Shown: one piece after another, positions 30,720-39,542 of the stretch
Numbering within the stretch: position 1 is the stretch's first letter
How the letters are laid out: every line of letters begins with the position of its first letter
Source of the DNA: a virus
Virus record (IMG/VR): IMGVR_UViG_3300045988_097494
Span: 1 to 41,417 of that record
Reading direction: 5' to 3' (one strand)
DNA length: 41,417 bases
Position numbers and translations under genes: made by a program
Notes under the pieces: generated by a model
What the model was told of the DNA's origin: nothing
Database searches by the model: none
The model's input: the letters and a program-made list of their open reading frames with translations, nothing else

Positions 30720-31691
30720 TCACTTACTGACGATCTTCACAAACGCGCGCGGGTCACGCAGGACCCAGCCGAACTGGGCCTCAGCGAGGATCGCACCCAT
30801 GTTGCGGTCGAAGAGGTCAACGCCACCGGCACGCTCGGTCGCCTTACGGTAGGTAATGCTCTCGACGAAGCCGAGACGCAGAGCGTCCTTGAAGTCGCCG
30901 CCGATACCGAGGAGCTTCGCGGCCTGGGCCTTGGCCTTCTCGTAGCCGGAGACAGCGCGAGAGTAGGTGGCCGGGACACCCAGGACGGTACCGAACTTCG
31001 CGGTGATGTCGGGGGCCTGCTGGTAGAGCGGGCGACCCTGAGCATCCAGGGCGTTCACCAGGTTGGAGCGGAACTTCGGGGCGAGGAGGAAGTGGTCGAA
31101 ACCGAACTCGGCCTCGTCAGCGTCATCCAGCACAACCTTGTCGTAGGCGGCGGACAGCTGCTTGGTGAAGTAGCCGGTAGCGGTCGAGGCCAGGTCCAGC
31201 TCCTGCACCTTCGTGGTGGAGGTCAGGGCCTCCTTGCCGGTGATGGCGGTACCGGTGTTCGCGTCGATGCCGTGGATGACGGCAGTGTCGATGGCGCGAG
31301 CAATAGCCTCACCGAGAGCCTTCTGGATACGAGAGTACTCGCCCAGCGGGTCAGCCTTGGCAGTCTCCTCCGAGTAGAGGATCATCACAGCGGCCTTGAC
31401 GGGGGTGACCGTCTTGACCTTGCTGGACAGGGTAGCGACCGGCTTCAGGCCACCCTCCTGGACGATACCGGCGGTGGGCTGGCCGACCGGGATCGGGATG
31501 GCGGTACCGCTGATGGAGACCGGGACGCTACCGGCGAGCCCCTGAACAACGGACCCCTTCATGGCGTTGTCCCAGATACCCTTTACGACGGTCTTGGGAA
31601 ACGCGGCCTCATTCCCGGCGTTAGCGCCGAGAATCTTGGATACTGTCTCGATCTTGGCTTCGTTGTCGGGGTTGTATGCGGGTGCAGGCAT
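30720..31691 (-). CDS. Major capsid protein (HK97 fold)
   Basis: 323 aa, downstream of the scaffold gene. Its composition and length are typical of HK97-type capsid proteins that lack a delta domain. Confidence 0.8.
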   Translation of the reverse strand: MPAPAYNPDNEAKIETVSKILGANAGNEAAFPKTVVKGIWDNAMKGSVVQGLAGSVPVSISGTAIPIPVGQPTAGIVQEGGLKPVATLSSKVKTVTPVKAAVMILYSEETAKADPLGEYSRIQKALGEAIARAIDTAVIHGIDANTGTAITGKEALTSTTKVQELDLASTATGYFTKQLSAAYDKVVLDDADEAEFGFDHFLLAPKFRSNLVNALDAQGRPLYQQAPDITAKFGTVLGVPATYSRAVSGYEKAKAQAAKLLGIGGDFKDALRLGFVESITYRKATERAGGVDLFDRNMGAILAEAQFGWVLRDPRAFVKIVSK

Positions 31692-31700
31692 ATGCCCTCC

Positions 31701-32198
31701 TTACTGGTCTGCGAGGCCGAAGAACCCAAGCGCCTCGCTCAGGCCGTCATCCTCGGTCTCAAGGTCTGCATCCACCGCAGGGTCGCGGGGGACTGAAGGC
31801 GCGGGCGTAGCGTCTGCCTGCTCGCGCAGCGTGGCGAGGGCGTCTACCTGCTCCTGCCACGAGTCTTTGTCGCCGGTGAGGAATGAGGCGAAGCGGGCCG
31901 GAATATTGGCCTTGGAGAGGAGGCCCTCCTTCTCGGAGAGCTCAGCAGCGGCACGCTCGGCAGCCTCCTTCGCCTCAAGCTTCTCGGTGAGGGCGGCCAG
32001 CTGGGCGCGCAGCTCACTCACCTCATCCGAATGAGTCTCCTCATCATCCTTCGGCGTCTCCTCCGCAGGAGTCTTCTCGTCCGTCGCAGAATTCTCAACG
32101 GTGGTCTCCTCGGCGGGCTCGATGGGGTAGTCAGTGGTTGAGATAGGTCCGTCAGTCTCTTCAACGACGGAGGGCTCAGGTGCGGGGGTGTCACTCAT
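31701..32198 (-). CDS. Scaffolding protein
   Basis: 165 aa, highly acidic, with coiled coil ELRAQLAALTEKLEAKEAAERAAAELSEKE. It lies immediately upstream of the capsid gene. Confidence 0.65.
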   Translation of the reverse strand: MSDTPAPEPSVVEETDGPISTTDYPIEPAEETTVENSATDEKTPAEETPKDDEETHSDEVSELRAQLAALTEKLEAKEAAERAAAELSEKEGLLSKANIPARFASFLTGDKDSWQEQVDALATLREQADATPAPSVPRDPAVDADLETEDDGLSEALGFFGLADQ

Positions 32199-33190
32199 TT
32201 GCGCTCCTTCAGCTTCTCCCGGAAGTACTTATCCATTGCTCGGCGCGCATCCACACCATGGAGGTCTTGGTCGCGCACAACCTCATTATACACACGTTCG
32301 AATGCGACCTGCTGGTCTTTCCCCTCCCAGTGCTTGGAGGTAAAAACGGGAACAATCGTGCAGAAATCGTGATCGTGAAATCGGTCCACCCTAAGGCCGG
32401 CAGACTCCGACGTCTTGTACACCGGCCCGCGGGATGCGAGCATGGCGCAGAAGCCGCAGGGCCCATTCTTGTTCGGGTGAGTTACGCGCGCGAAAGCGAA
32501 AGGTCTAGCGATGAGCTCGCCACGTGAATTGCGTCGATACTTGTCCGGCACATCGGAGAACACCTTCATGCTGCGGTGGCGCCCCTTAACGAGCTCCTCC
32601 TCGTCAAGGGTGCGAACAGCCTCCTCCACGCGGTCGGCGACCTTCTCGAACGCCTCATCCAGCGTCATGCGCGGGCGACGGCGGGACTCGACCTTCTCTA
32701 CGTCCTCAATGATCGCCTTCTGGGTGCTCTCGGAGAACCCCTCAAGGTCCTTCGCCAGGTCATCCAGGGCGCCCTCAATGAGCTCAATGGAGGACGGTGC
32801 GGTATCCACCGCGTCGGCGACGGTTCGGCGCGCAGCGGCCAGCACATGCCCCTCCAGGGAGCGCTCCAGGCGCCTCATCCCCTCGGGTGACTTCAATGCC
32901 CCCTGAGTGCCGCGGATGGTGCGGGCGATCGTCTTCGGCGAGTACCCAGGCTGTGGAGGCACCCAAGACTCAGGCACCCCAGCCTTACGGGCCTGGCCGC
33001 GCAGGAACAGGGCGGCGGCCGCCCACGCCTGCTTCCTGGCCTGCCACATGAGCGGAGTCAGTAGGTCGCCCACATGCTCCACGGGGGGCGGCTCAGGGAG
33101 TCCCTCGAACGCTTTGAGGGCATCCTCGGCTCGACGCCTGAACAGCATGACAATGCCGCGCAGGATGCTGTAGAACAGGACCTCACTCAC
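32195..33190 (-). CDS. MuF/SPP1 gp7-like head morphogenesis protein
   Basis: It follows the portal gene. C-terminal motif GPCGFCAMLASRG...HDHDFCTIVP. The GTG at 33190 follows GAGGAGG and overlaps the portal stop. An alternative ATG lies at 33148. Confidence 0.5.
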   Translation of the reverse strand: MSEVLFYSILRGIVMLFRRRAEDALKAFEGLPEPPPVEHVGDLLTPLMWQARKQAWAAAALFLRGQARKAGVPESWVPPQPGYSPKTIARTIRGTQGALKSPEGMRRLERSLEGHVLAAARRTVADAVDTAPSSIELIEGALDDLAKDLEGFSESTQKAIIEDVEKVESRRRPRMTLDEAFEKVADRVEEAVRTLDEEELVKGRHRSMKVFSDVPDKYRRNSRGELIARPFAFARVTHPNKNGPCGFCAMLASRGPVYKTSESAGLRVDRFHDHDFCTIVPVFTSKHWEGKDQQVAFERVYNEVVRDQDLHGVDARRAMDKYFREKLKERK

Positions 33191-34505
33191 TCTCAGGGGC
33201 CTCCTCGGAGTCCTCCGGGGCCTCAGGCGCCTCGGGCATATCCAGGCCAGCGTCGGCATCCATCTTGTCCCCGCGGGCCTTCTCGCGGCGCAGCTGCTCA
33301 GGGGTGAGGTGCAGAAACTCGCGGGCCGTCTCATCGCCGATGATGCCCTGGCTGTGCGCCTGGAGGGCATTCGCCATCTGTGCCGAGGTGGAGGGGGCGG
33401 CAGCGTCGCGCCACGTCACCTCCAGGGCCTCAAGCCCATCCAGGGACATGCCGTTCGCCTGCGCCACGATCCGGCCTACACGCTCCAGGGCGTCACTGAA
33501 CTGGCGCTGCTTGTTCTCCGCTCGAGCGATGAGTCGGTCCTTCGCCACACGCAGCGCCTCGGCCGACGTCGGATTGTTGTCCGACGAGACACCCATCATC
33601 GACGGGGGGATACCGGTCATGGCGGACAGCTGGAGAGCGTAGGAGCGGTACGTGTTGATGAACGGGTCCAGTGCCATGCCGGTAAGCTGCTTCACGTCAC
33701 CACCGGAAGGGATGGCGATCAGGTTCCCCATGTACGCCTGCATCTTCTCGGGATACTGGTCGATCATGGCGGAAGCACCGTCACCCACGACCGCACGCAG
33801 CGGGGACGACGCAACTTCCTGAGCCACCTGCAGGTTCGTGAGCGTGCGGGAGGCAGCGTCAATGACTGAGGTGAGCTCACGCAGGTCAGAGCGCCCGTAC
33901 CTGTCGGACAGGCGCGCCCTGTTGAACATGGGGACGATGGATGCCCCCCACTGATCCTGGCGGCCCTGGCCGACACTCTTCCAGTCGTACCTGCCCTTCA
34001 CATAGAACTCCACGCCCTCGGGCGTGTAGTAGGTGGCCCCCACGTTCCCGTCATCGCGGCGGTAGAGGACAATGCCCTCCACGACCTCGCCACGGAAGTT
34101 GATCCGAACACTAGCGTGCTTCGCATCCACAGCCCGAATGGACGCAAACTCGTGCTCGTCATCCGGCGGGGCGATCACCCAGTACGCGGCGCCAGCGCTA
34201 ATGGCCTCCGCGGCCGCCAGGTTGAACTGGGAGTCCATGTCATTCGCCTGCCACGTCTTCCGCAGTAGATCAACCACACCCAGCTTGTCGTCATCGGCGA
34301 CGCGGTACCCGTCAGGGATGAGAATCTCGGTGAGGACGTCCACTGCCATCTTGGCGAACGGGGCCTGAATCTCCAGGACGCGCGCCTTCGCGGGGAGGCT
34401 GATGCCCACCGCGTCGAGACGTCGCTTACCCTCGTAGTAGCCCTCATAGGTGATGGGCCGGTAGGCGCCCGACGCGAACTTGGCGATCATCTTCTGGAAG
34501 CTCAT
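33183..34505 (-). CDS. Portal protein
   Basis: 440 aa from the ATG at 34505 (ATGA overlap with the terL stop). Assigned by position, size and an acidic C-terminal tail. Confidence 0.8.
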   Translation of the reverse strand: MSFQKMIAKFASGAYRPITYEGYYEGKRRLDAVGISLPAKARVLEIQAPFAKMAVDVLTEILIPDGYRVADDDKLGVVDLLRKTWQANDMDSQFNLAAAEAISAGAAYWVIAPPDDEHEFASIRAVDAKHASVRINFRGEVVEGIVLYRRDDGNVGATYYTPEGVEFYVKGRYDWKSVGQGRQDQWGASIVPMFNRARLSDRYGRSDLRELTSVIDAASRTLTNLQVAQEVASSPLRAVVGDGASAMIDQYPEKMQAYMGNLIAIPSGGDVKQLTGMALDPFINTYRSYALQLSAMTGIPPSMMGVSSDNNPTSAEALRVAKDRLIARAENKQRQFSDALERVGRIVAQANGMSLDGLEALEVTWRDAAAPSTSAQMANALQAHSQGIIGDETAREFLHLTPEQLRREKARGDKMDADAGLDMPEAPEAPEDSEEAPESE

Positions 34506-37297
34506 ATGAACACCTTCCACTCGCCTCGCGGAGCAGTCAGGTCCGCCCACTCCTTCGAGTTCTTCACATGTCTGTACAGCATTCTAGCGCCGATCATACA
34601 CACGGCGAGGTCGATCTTCTTAGACGACTTTGGAGACTCCTTCTTCACCGACCAGCGTCCCTTGAACTCGTTCACGCGGCAGTTCGACACATGCTCACCC
34701 AAAGCCGAGTCACCATCGTGAGTGAACGTCTGCTGCTGAATCTCCGTGAACGCCGTCTCAGCCGCCTCAGCGAACTGGTACGCGTGCGACCGCATGTCCC
34801 AGGCGATCGGGGATGCGGACATGCCACCACGCACCGCGGGCACGATCAGTCGGTCACCGAAGTCCTCCGGCCACGCCGTGCGCGTGAACGACTCCCACTC
34901 GCGCACGTCAGCCCAGAACGCGACCACGTTATAGGTGTCGAACGCCTTCCGCACCCCAGCATCCACGGCAGCCACATTCACTACGCCGAGGGGCTTCTCC
35001 GGCTTCCAGTGCCCGATCTTGAAGACGTGCCCATCCTCCATGCAGCACCCCACGAGGGCCGTGTGGTCATTGGACTTGGAGCCGTCGAAGAACATGACGA
35101 TGCGCTCCCCGGGCTCAACCTTCCGGTCCGGCTTGCGCAGCTGTGTCCACTCCTCCAGGGTGATCCAGGACGCCTCGGCCGCGTTCGGGCGGTTCAGGAA
35201 GAATCGAATGGAGCGCGACTCAGGGTATTCGGGCGACCAAATCTGCTCCTTGATCGACTCCAGATTCACCCACGGGCAGTCCTCATACACGTACTCCAGG
35301 GCCTTCGTGAGCCCAACCTGCCCCTCCTCCGGCTCGTCCGTTAAAACCGTGTTCGGGGGCGCGATACGCGCATCATAGAGGACCTTCGTCTTACCGCGCG
35401 TGAGACCGTCCTCCTGGTCGCACCACGCCTCGAAGATCGCCTCAGCTGACGACTGCTCACCCGGCACCCACGCGTTACAGGTGCCCATGAAGCGGCCGCC
35501 CATCTTCGCAGCGTTCTGCTGGATCGTCTGCAACATAGCCGGGCCACCCTGGGCGGGCAGCCAGTGCTCGAGCTCATCCCCCACAACGAAGGACACCTCA
35601 CCACCCTCCATCGAGTGGGCGGAGGAAGTCATCTGCTGGAGCTTCCCCCCGCCCGGCGTCTCGATGAACGTCTTCGCCACCTCGAGGTCGTACTTGCGGG
35701 CGAGCGCCCCCTTCTTCTGACAAAACGCCCTGACCATGCGGATCGTGTTCTGCGTGTTGTGCGTAAGCACGCCACCCTCAACCTGGAAGAGGTGATCCTC
35801 CGTGCCGATCTGAATACACTGCACCGGGACGCTCGGAACGGGCTCAATCGACTCGATTCGCCGATACGCCGACAGGTGCCGCTGCTCGCGCGGGAGCCTG
35901 GCCCTGTGCTGCGCCAGGCGAGCGGCAGGGAACCCCGGCTGTGGGATGAACTTCACCAAGCGAGACCCGAAGCCTCCATCATACACGAAGCACTTCTGCC
36001 CCAGAGACTCGGCAAGCTCAATGAACGACGCCAAGAGGTTCGTGTTCGTGTTCTTGAACTGCACCTGCCCCTTCTCGGTGACAGTGCCGTCGGAGTCAAT
36101 GAGCCCCTGTAGGAGCGCCAGACGATCCTCATAGGAGGCGCGCAGGTACTCCTCAGGCACATGCTTATTGCCCAGCACGCCTAGCTCACGCAGGCGCTCA
36201 CGGAACGACAGGAGCTTCTGGTACTTCATTCCCTCCCTGTTGCCCTTGTTGCAGCGGCGACACATCGGGTGACCAGAACTGCTCATGACTCGGTTCGGGT
36301 CACCTTCAGCATAGGAGTGGCCGCGGGGGCACATCTGCCTACGGCGACGGATATAGAAGCGCCCGTCATTGGCTTTCTGGAGGTCGGCCTTGATATCGTC
36401 CCACCACTCCAGTTCGCCAGAGAAGATCGCCTCCAGCTCATCGCGGCGACGCCAGTCGAGAGCGATCGTGGAGCCAGCAGTATCACCATCGCCCAACCAG
36501 TAGCCGAGCATGTAAGGGGAGATCAAGGTCGGAGCACTAACCCCGCCGCGGCGTGCAACAAGGGGGATACGCAGGCTACGTCGGCGGCCGCTGTGCAGGT
36601 AGGTTCGCATCTCCTCGGTGCTCATAGTCGCCACGTCGAAACGGTCACCATGCGGGCGCAGACGCTCCACTGTCCACCCGTGGGCGGCGTCGGCAACAAC
36701 CGTCGTCCCATCATCAAAGGTGACTCGATAGCAGTCATGGTCAGTGAACACACGAGTCTTACCGAGCACGGGAGTCGGGTTGCCATCACTGCCGTACACC
36801 ATGTCACCGACATTCAAGTCTCCCACAGTGCTCCAGCCGCCCGCCACGGGCACCTTAGTATCTAGGGCGAGCGGCTGGCTTTCCGACGTGGCTACGATCT
36901 GCACGAGTGGCATGCTCATTGGCTTCGCACGCACCCCGAACGGCTCATGACGATCGAACCCGTCGAACCGGCAAGGGCCGAGGAGTTCGAACAGGCACAA
37001 CGCGGCAGCGAACGGAGACTTCCCGGATCCTTTGCTTAACCTTCTAATTCCCTGCCTGTACACAAAGGAACCCTTATGGGTAAGGGCGTAGAAATGAGCA
37101 AGAAACTCAATCTGACGATCCGTCGGGATGAACGGCTGACCTGCGCGCGGTCCGTTCGGCTGCACGAGGTTGTCCATCATCCATGCAGCAGCATGATACC
37201 CGAGCGTCCGCTCAGGGAGCTCAAGGGGGAGCGTGTCGGTCCGCTCCCGGGGTGCGGGGAGCGTCTCGGTCACTTCGCGGCCCGCGCCTTCGCCCAA
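34502..37297 (-). CDS. terL: Terminase large subunit, interrupted by an intein
   Basis: Walker A RLSKGSGKSP and Walker B FVVGDELEHW, plus a C-terminal nuclease region. The ORF starts at TTG 37297. An alternative GTG at 37273 overlaps the terS stop (GTGA). Confidence 0.9.
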   Translation of the reverse strand: MGEGAGREVTETLPAPRERTDTLPLELPERTLGYHAAAWMMDNLVQPNGPRAGQPFIPTDRQIEFLAHFYALTHKGSFVYRQGIRRLSKGSGKSPFAAALCLFELLGPCRFDGFDRHEPFGVRAKPMSMPLVQIVATSESQPLALDTKVPVAGGWSTVGDLNVGDMVYGSDGNPTPVLGKTRVFTDHDCYRVTFDDGTTVVADAAHGWTVERLRPHGDRFDVATMSTEEMRTYLHSGRRRSLRIPLVARRGGVSAPTLISPYMLGYWLGDGDTAGSTIALDWRRRDELEAIFSGELEWWDDIKADLQKANDGRFYIRRRRQMCPRGHSYAEGDPNRVMSSSGHPMCRRCNKGNREGMKYQKLLSFRERLRELGVLGNKHVPEEYLRASYEDRLALLQGLIDSDGTVTEKGQVQFKNTNTNLLASFIELAESLGQKCFVYDGGFGSRLVKFIPQPGFPAARLAQHRARLPREQRHLSAYRRIESIEPVPSVPVQCIQIGTEDHLFQVEGGVLTHNTQNTIRMVRAFCQKKGALARKYDLEVAKTFIETPGGGKLQQMTSSAHSMEGGEVSFVVGDELEHWLPAQGGPAMLQTIQQNAAKMGGRFMGTCNAWVPGEQSSAEAIFEAWCDQEDGLTRGKTKVLYDARIAPPNTVLTDEPEEGQVGLTKALEYVYEDCPWVNLESIKEQIWSPEYPESRSIRFFLNRPNAAEASWITLEEWTQLRKPDRKVEPGERIVMFFDGSKSNDHTALVGCCMEDGHVFKIGHWKPEKPLGVVNVAAVDAGVRKAFDTYNVVAFWADVREWESFTRTAWPEDFGDRLIVPAVRGGMSASPIAWDMRSHAYQFAEAAETAFTEIQQQTFTHDGDSALGEHVSNCRVNEFKGRWSVKKESPKSSKKIDLAVCMIGARMLYRHVKNSKEWADLTAPRGEWKVFI
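35756..36874 (-). mobile_element. Intein (373 aa, class-3-like) with LAGLIDADG homing endonuclease
   Basis: Block A PLALDTKVPV, block B TTVVADAAHGW, LAGLIDADG motifs LGYWLGDGD and LLQGLIDSDG, block F VQCIQIGTEDHLF, and block G GVLTHN followed by Thr. This corresponds to aa 142-514 of the ORF. Confidence 0.85.
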
Positions 37298-37707
37298 GCC
37301 TGGAGCGCAACCACGCCCGCCGACTCGGCCTCGGACTCGTCTACGCGGTTGATCTCGATCTGCACGCGCCTACGGTCACCCTCAGTGAGCAGGAGGCTAG
37401 TGAGCATCGTGTTCACCGCCGCCAGCATCGTAGGTGAGCGCCGATCCTGCATCTTGTAGTTCGACAGGTCATCGCAGGTGGAGTAGAGGACGATCCAGTC
37501 GGAGGGCTCGTAGTAGCGGATGAACGTGGACTGCTCCACAGCCTTCCACAGCTTCTTCGCAATCGGATGCCAGTCAGGGTCAGGCTTAGGAGGCTTCACC
37601 TGCTCCGCGACCACGTTCACGGGCTCCACGCCACCATCGAGCTTCCTCGCCTGCGTGGTGCGGTGCCCTTCCGTGCTGCGCTTAGGGATCGGTCCCTTAA
37701 CTCCCAT
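37270..37707 (-). CDS. terS: Terminase small subunit (P27 family-like)
   Basis: The N-terminal MGVKGPIPKRSTE motif is typical of P27-type small terminases. RBS aggagagtcgacgATG. Confidence 0.75.
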   Translation of the reverse strand: MGVKGPIPKRSTEGHRTTQARKLDGGVEPVNVVAEQVKPPKPDPDWHPIAKKLWKAVEQSTFIRYYEPSDWIVLYSTCDDLSNYKMQDRRSPTMLAAVNTMLTSLLLTEGDRRRVQIEINRVDESEAESAGVVALQAWAKARAAK

Positions 37708-37718
37708 CGTCGACTCTC

Positions 37719-38051
37719 CTACAAGTATCCGGGGTGCTTACTCTTCGGCCTAGGGCCTCGAGCTTTATTGCCTCGATTATAGCGCCTCTTCCGCGCTTCA
37801 ACAGACTGCTGCTGTGTCCTGGCCATATGGCAGTGCTGGCAGAGACTCCTCAGGTTATCCGGCACGTGGGGGCCGTCAGGGAAGATATGGTCCACCTGAT
37901 TCGCCCTAGCACCACAGAACACACAGAGGCCGCCGTCGCGCTTAAGGACCGTGCGCCTGATCTTCTCCCAGTCCTTAGGGAGCTCCTTGCGGCGCCTGGA
38001 CTGTTTACTCCACGCCAACAGTATGCACCCGCCACAACTCGACAGTAGCAC
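37719..38051 (-). CDS. HNH endonuclease adjacent to terminase
   Basis: LPKDWEKIRRTVLKRDGGLCVFCG...VDHIFP...NLRSLCQHCH. The start is uncertain (ATG 38051 or TTG 38018). Confidence 0.8.
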   Translation of the reverse strand: MLLSSCGGCILLAWSKQSRRRKELPKDWEKIRRTVLKRDGGLCVFCGARANQVDHIFPDGPHVPDNLRSLCQHCHMARTQQQSVEARKRRYNRGNKARGPRPKSKHPGYL

Positions 38052-38244
38052 TCACGCCCATATTCTTAAGCACCTCACCCAACCTAGATTCTACCTCATT
38101 GCGCCTCTCGATGAACTCCCTCTCCGCAGCGTCAAACACGTCCTCGGGTGCGCCAGAGTCTGCATAGCATTCCATGTGCTGAAGAGCCATGCGCAAGCGT
38201 TGTATAGAGAAGAGCGCCTCCCGCAATGCCGGATCGTCGATCAT
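38005..38244 (-). CDS. Hypothetical protein
   Basis: 79 aa with an ATGA overlap to the upstream gene. Confidence 0.55.
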   Translation of the reverse strand: MIDDPALREALFSIQRLRMALQHMECYADSGAPEDVFDAAEREFIERRNEVESRLGEVLKNMGVSATVELWRVHTVGVE

Positions 38245-38492
38245 TCATCCTCCTCGACGCACACATTCGCGATACGGGCGAAGACGTAGAGGCCAGTCAA
38301 TTCTTTCGCAAGGTCAGTGAATGTATTCTCGGCGACGATGCGGGCCGCCGCATACTCATTCCACACCTCATCAACGAGGGGGTCACCATAATTCACACCC
38401 TCGCACTTCTGCAAGGTCAGCCATGTCTCCTCGAGGTCCTCAAGCGCCACGCGGAGCCTGTCCACTGCTGAGACAAAACCGCCGCCACCCAT
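38241..38492 (-). CDS. Hypothetical protein
   Basis: 83 aa from the ATG at 38492 (RBS ggaggtgatttgATG), inside the 38241..38516 ORF. Confidence 0.55.
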   Translation of the reverse strand: MGGGGFVSAVDRLRVALEDLEETWLTLQKCEGVNYGDPLVDEVWNEYAAARIVAENTFTDLAKELTGLYVFARIANVCVEEDE

Positions 38493-38755
38493 CAAATCAC
38501 CTCCAATGCGACACAAGAATCGAAACCATACCGGTCACCCACGAACATCTCCAGCTGCTCCTCCAGGGCCTCCTGCGCCTCCTGGACGCAGATAACCGCC
38601 TCATCCTGCTCGGCGTCCCGCCTGTGGGCCGGCACATCCCACGCACCGCACTGGTCGGCATCATTCAAGGAGTCGCGCAGCTCATCCGCAGCGCAATCCA
38701 TGGCCGCCAGCATCACCTTCTCATGCACCGACGCAGCCCTCTCCACGACGCTCAT
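38492..38755 (-). CDS. Hypothetical acidic protein
   Basis: 87 aa with an ATGA overlap. Confidence 0.55.
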   Translation of the reverse strand: MSVVERAASVHEKVMLAAMDCAADELRDSLNDADQCGAWDVPAHRRDAEQDEAVICVQEAQEALEEQLEMFVGDRYGFDSCVALEVI

Positions 38756-39021
38756 CGCACATCCCCCGGGTAAGTCATGGACACGCCCTCATTCGAGGGG
38801 GAACCCTCACGAATGTCAAACAGGAACGACGGCCTAGCATCCTTCCCACCGAAGTAGGCGTGCTGGACCGACAGGTAGCCGCCCGGATAGACGTACATGT
38901 CACGCTGACCCTCATTCCTGAAGATCAGGGTCCCATCATTCGTGCGCTCAGGATGATTGTCACACAAGATCACGTCAACCTCAGGGGCGGACTTGTCGCC
39001 ATAGACGAGCAGATACAGCAT
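38752..39021 (-). CDS. Hypothetical protein
   Basis: 89 aa from the ATG at 39021 (RBS aaaggagcatccATG). Confidence 0.55.
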   Translation of the reverse strand: MLYLLVYGDKSAPEVDVILCDNHPERTNDGTLIFRNEGQRDMYVYPGGYLSVQHAYFGGKDARPSFLFDIREGSPSNEGVSMTYPGDVR

Positions 39022-39032
39022 GGATGCTCCTT

Positions 39033-39440
39033 TCACCAGATGTTGGATCGCTTACTGGACGGGAGGGGGCAGGGCTCAATACACGGGTGACCCATCGCAG
39101 CCAGCTCACGGACTGTCGGATACGTCTCCCGAACCTCCTTCGCGCACACCGAGCACTTCCCCTGCCCTGAGTAGAGGCGCGTGCCCGGCCAGTCCTTCAC
39201 GGAAGTTCGTGGGGGGCGCATCTTCTGACCGCACGACGAGCACTTGTGCTCGACCGTCCAGTCGATGAGTGCCTTGGGGGTGCATCCCCGCAGGAGCTCT
39301 CGGTAGCAGGGGTTGCAGGTTCCTCGCCCACCGTAGGGCTTGGTGCCGGGGTACTCCTTCGCCGTGGTGAGCGGGGGCCGGTAGGGCTCGCCGCAGTGTG
39401 TGCGCTTTGGGAACTGGCGGTCAGTGTTGGGGTTGGTCAT
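39033..39440 (-). CDS. Tandem zinc-ribbon protein (first gene of the minus-strand arm)
   Basis: 135 aa from the ATG at 39440 (RBS gaaaggatcaaccATG). Internal duplication HCGEPYRPPLTTAKEYPGTKPYGGRGTCNPCY versus CSSCGQKMRPPRTSVKDWPGTRLYSGQGKCSVCA. Confidence 0.6.
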   Translation of the reverse strand: MTNPNTDRQFPKRTHCGEPYRPPLTTAKEYPGTKPYGGRGTCNPCYRELLRGCTPKALIDWTVEHKCSSCGQKMRPPRTSVKDWPGTRLYSGQGKCSVCAKEVRETYPTVRELAAMGHPCIEPCPLPSSKRSNIW

Positions 39441-39468
39441 GGTTGATCCTTTCGGTGGCTGACCTAGG

Positions 39469-39498
39469 CATTCTACCCCAGCAAGGGGCTCTAGGTAA
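39469..39498 (-). promoter_or_regulatory. Putative promoter of the minus-strand (late) arm
   Basis: On the minus strand: TTTACC (39498-39493), 18-nt spacer, TAGAAT (39474-39469), then gcctaggTCAGCCAccGAAAGGAtcaaccATG. Confidence 0.45.
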
Positions 39499-39542
39499 AG
39501 GCGAGGCCCGCCGGGCATACGGAGAAGGAAAGGAAACTTCAC

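Noticed and set aside
34506-35378. Plus-strand ORFs (71 to 258 aa) opposite terL
   Set aside because: They are antisense shadows of the terminase nuclease domain, with no start context.
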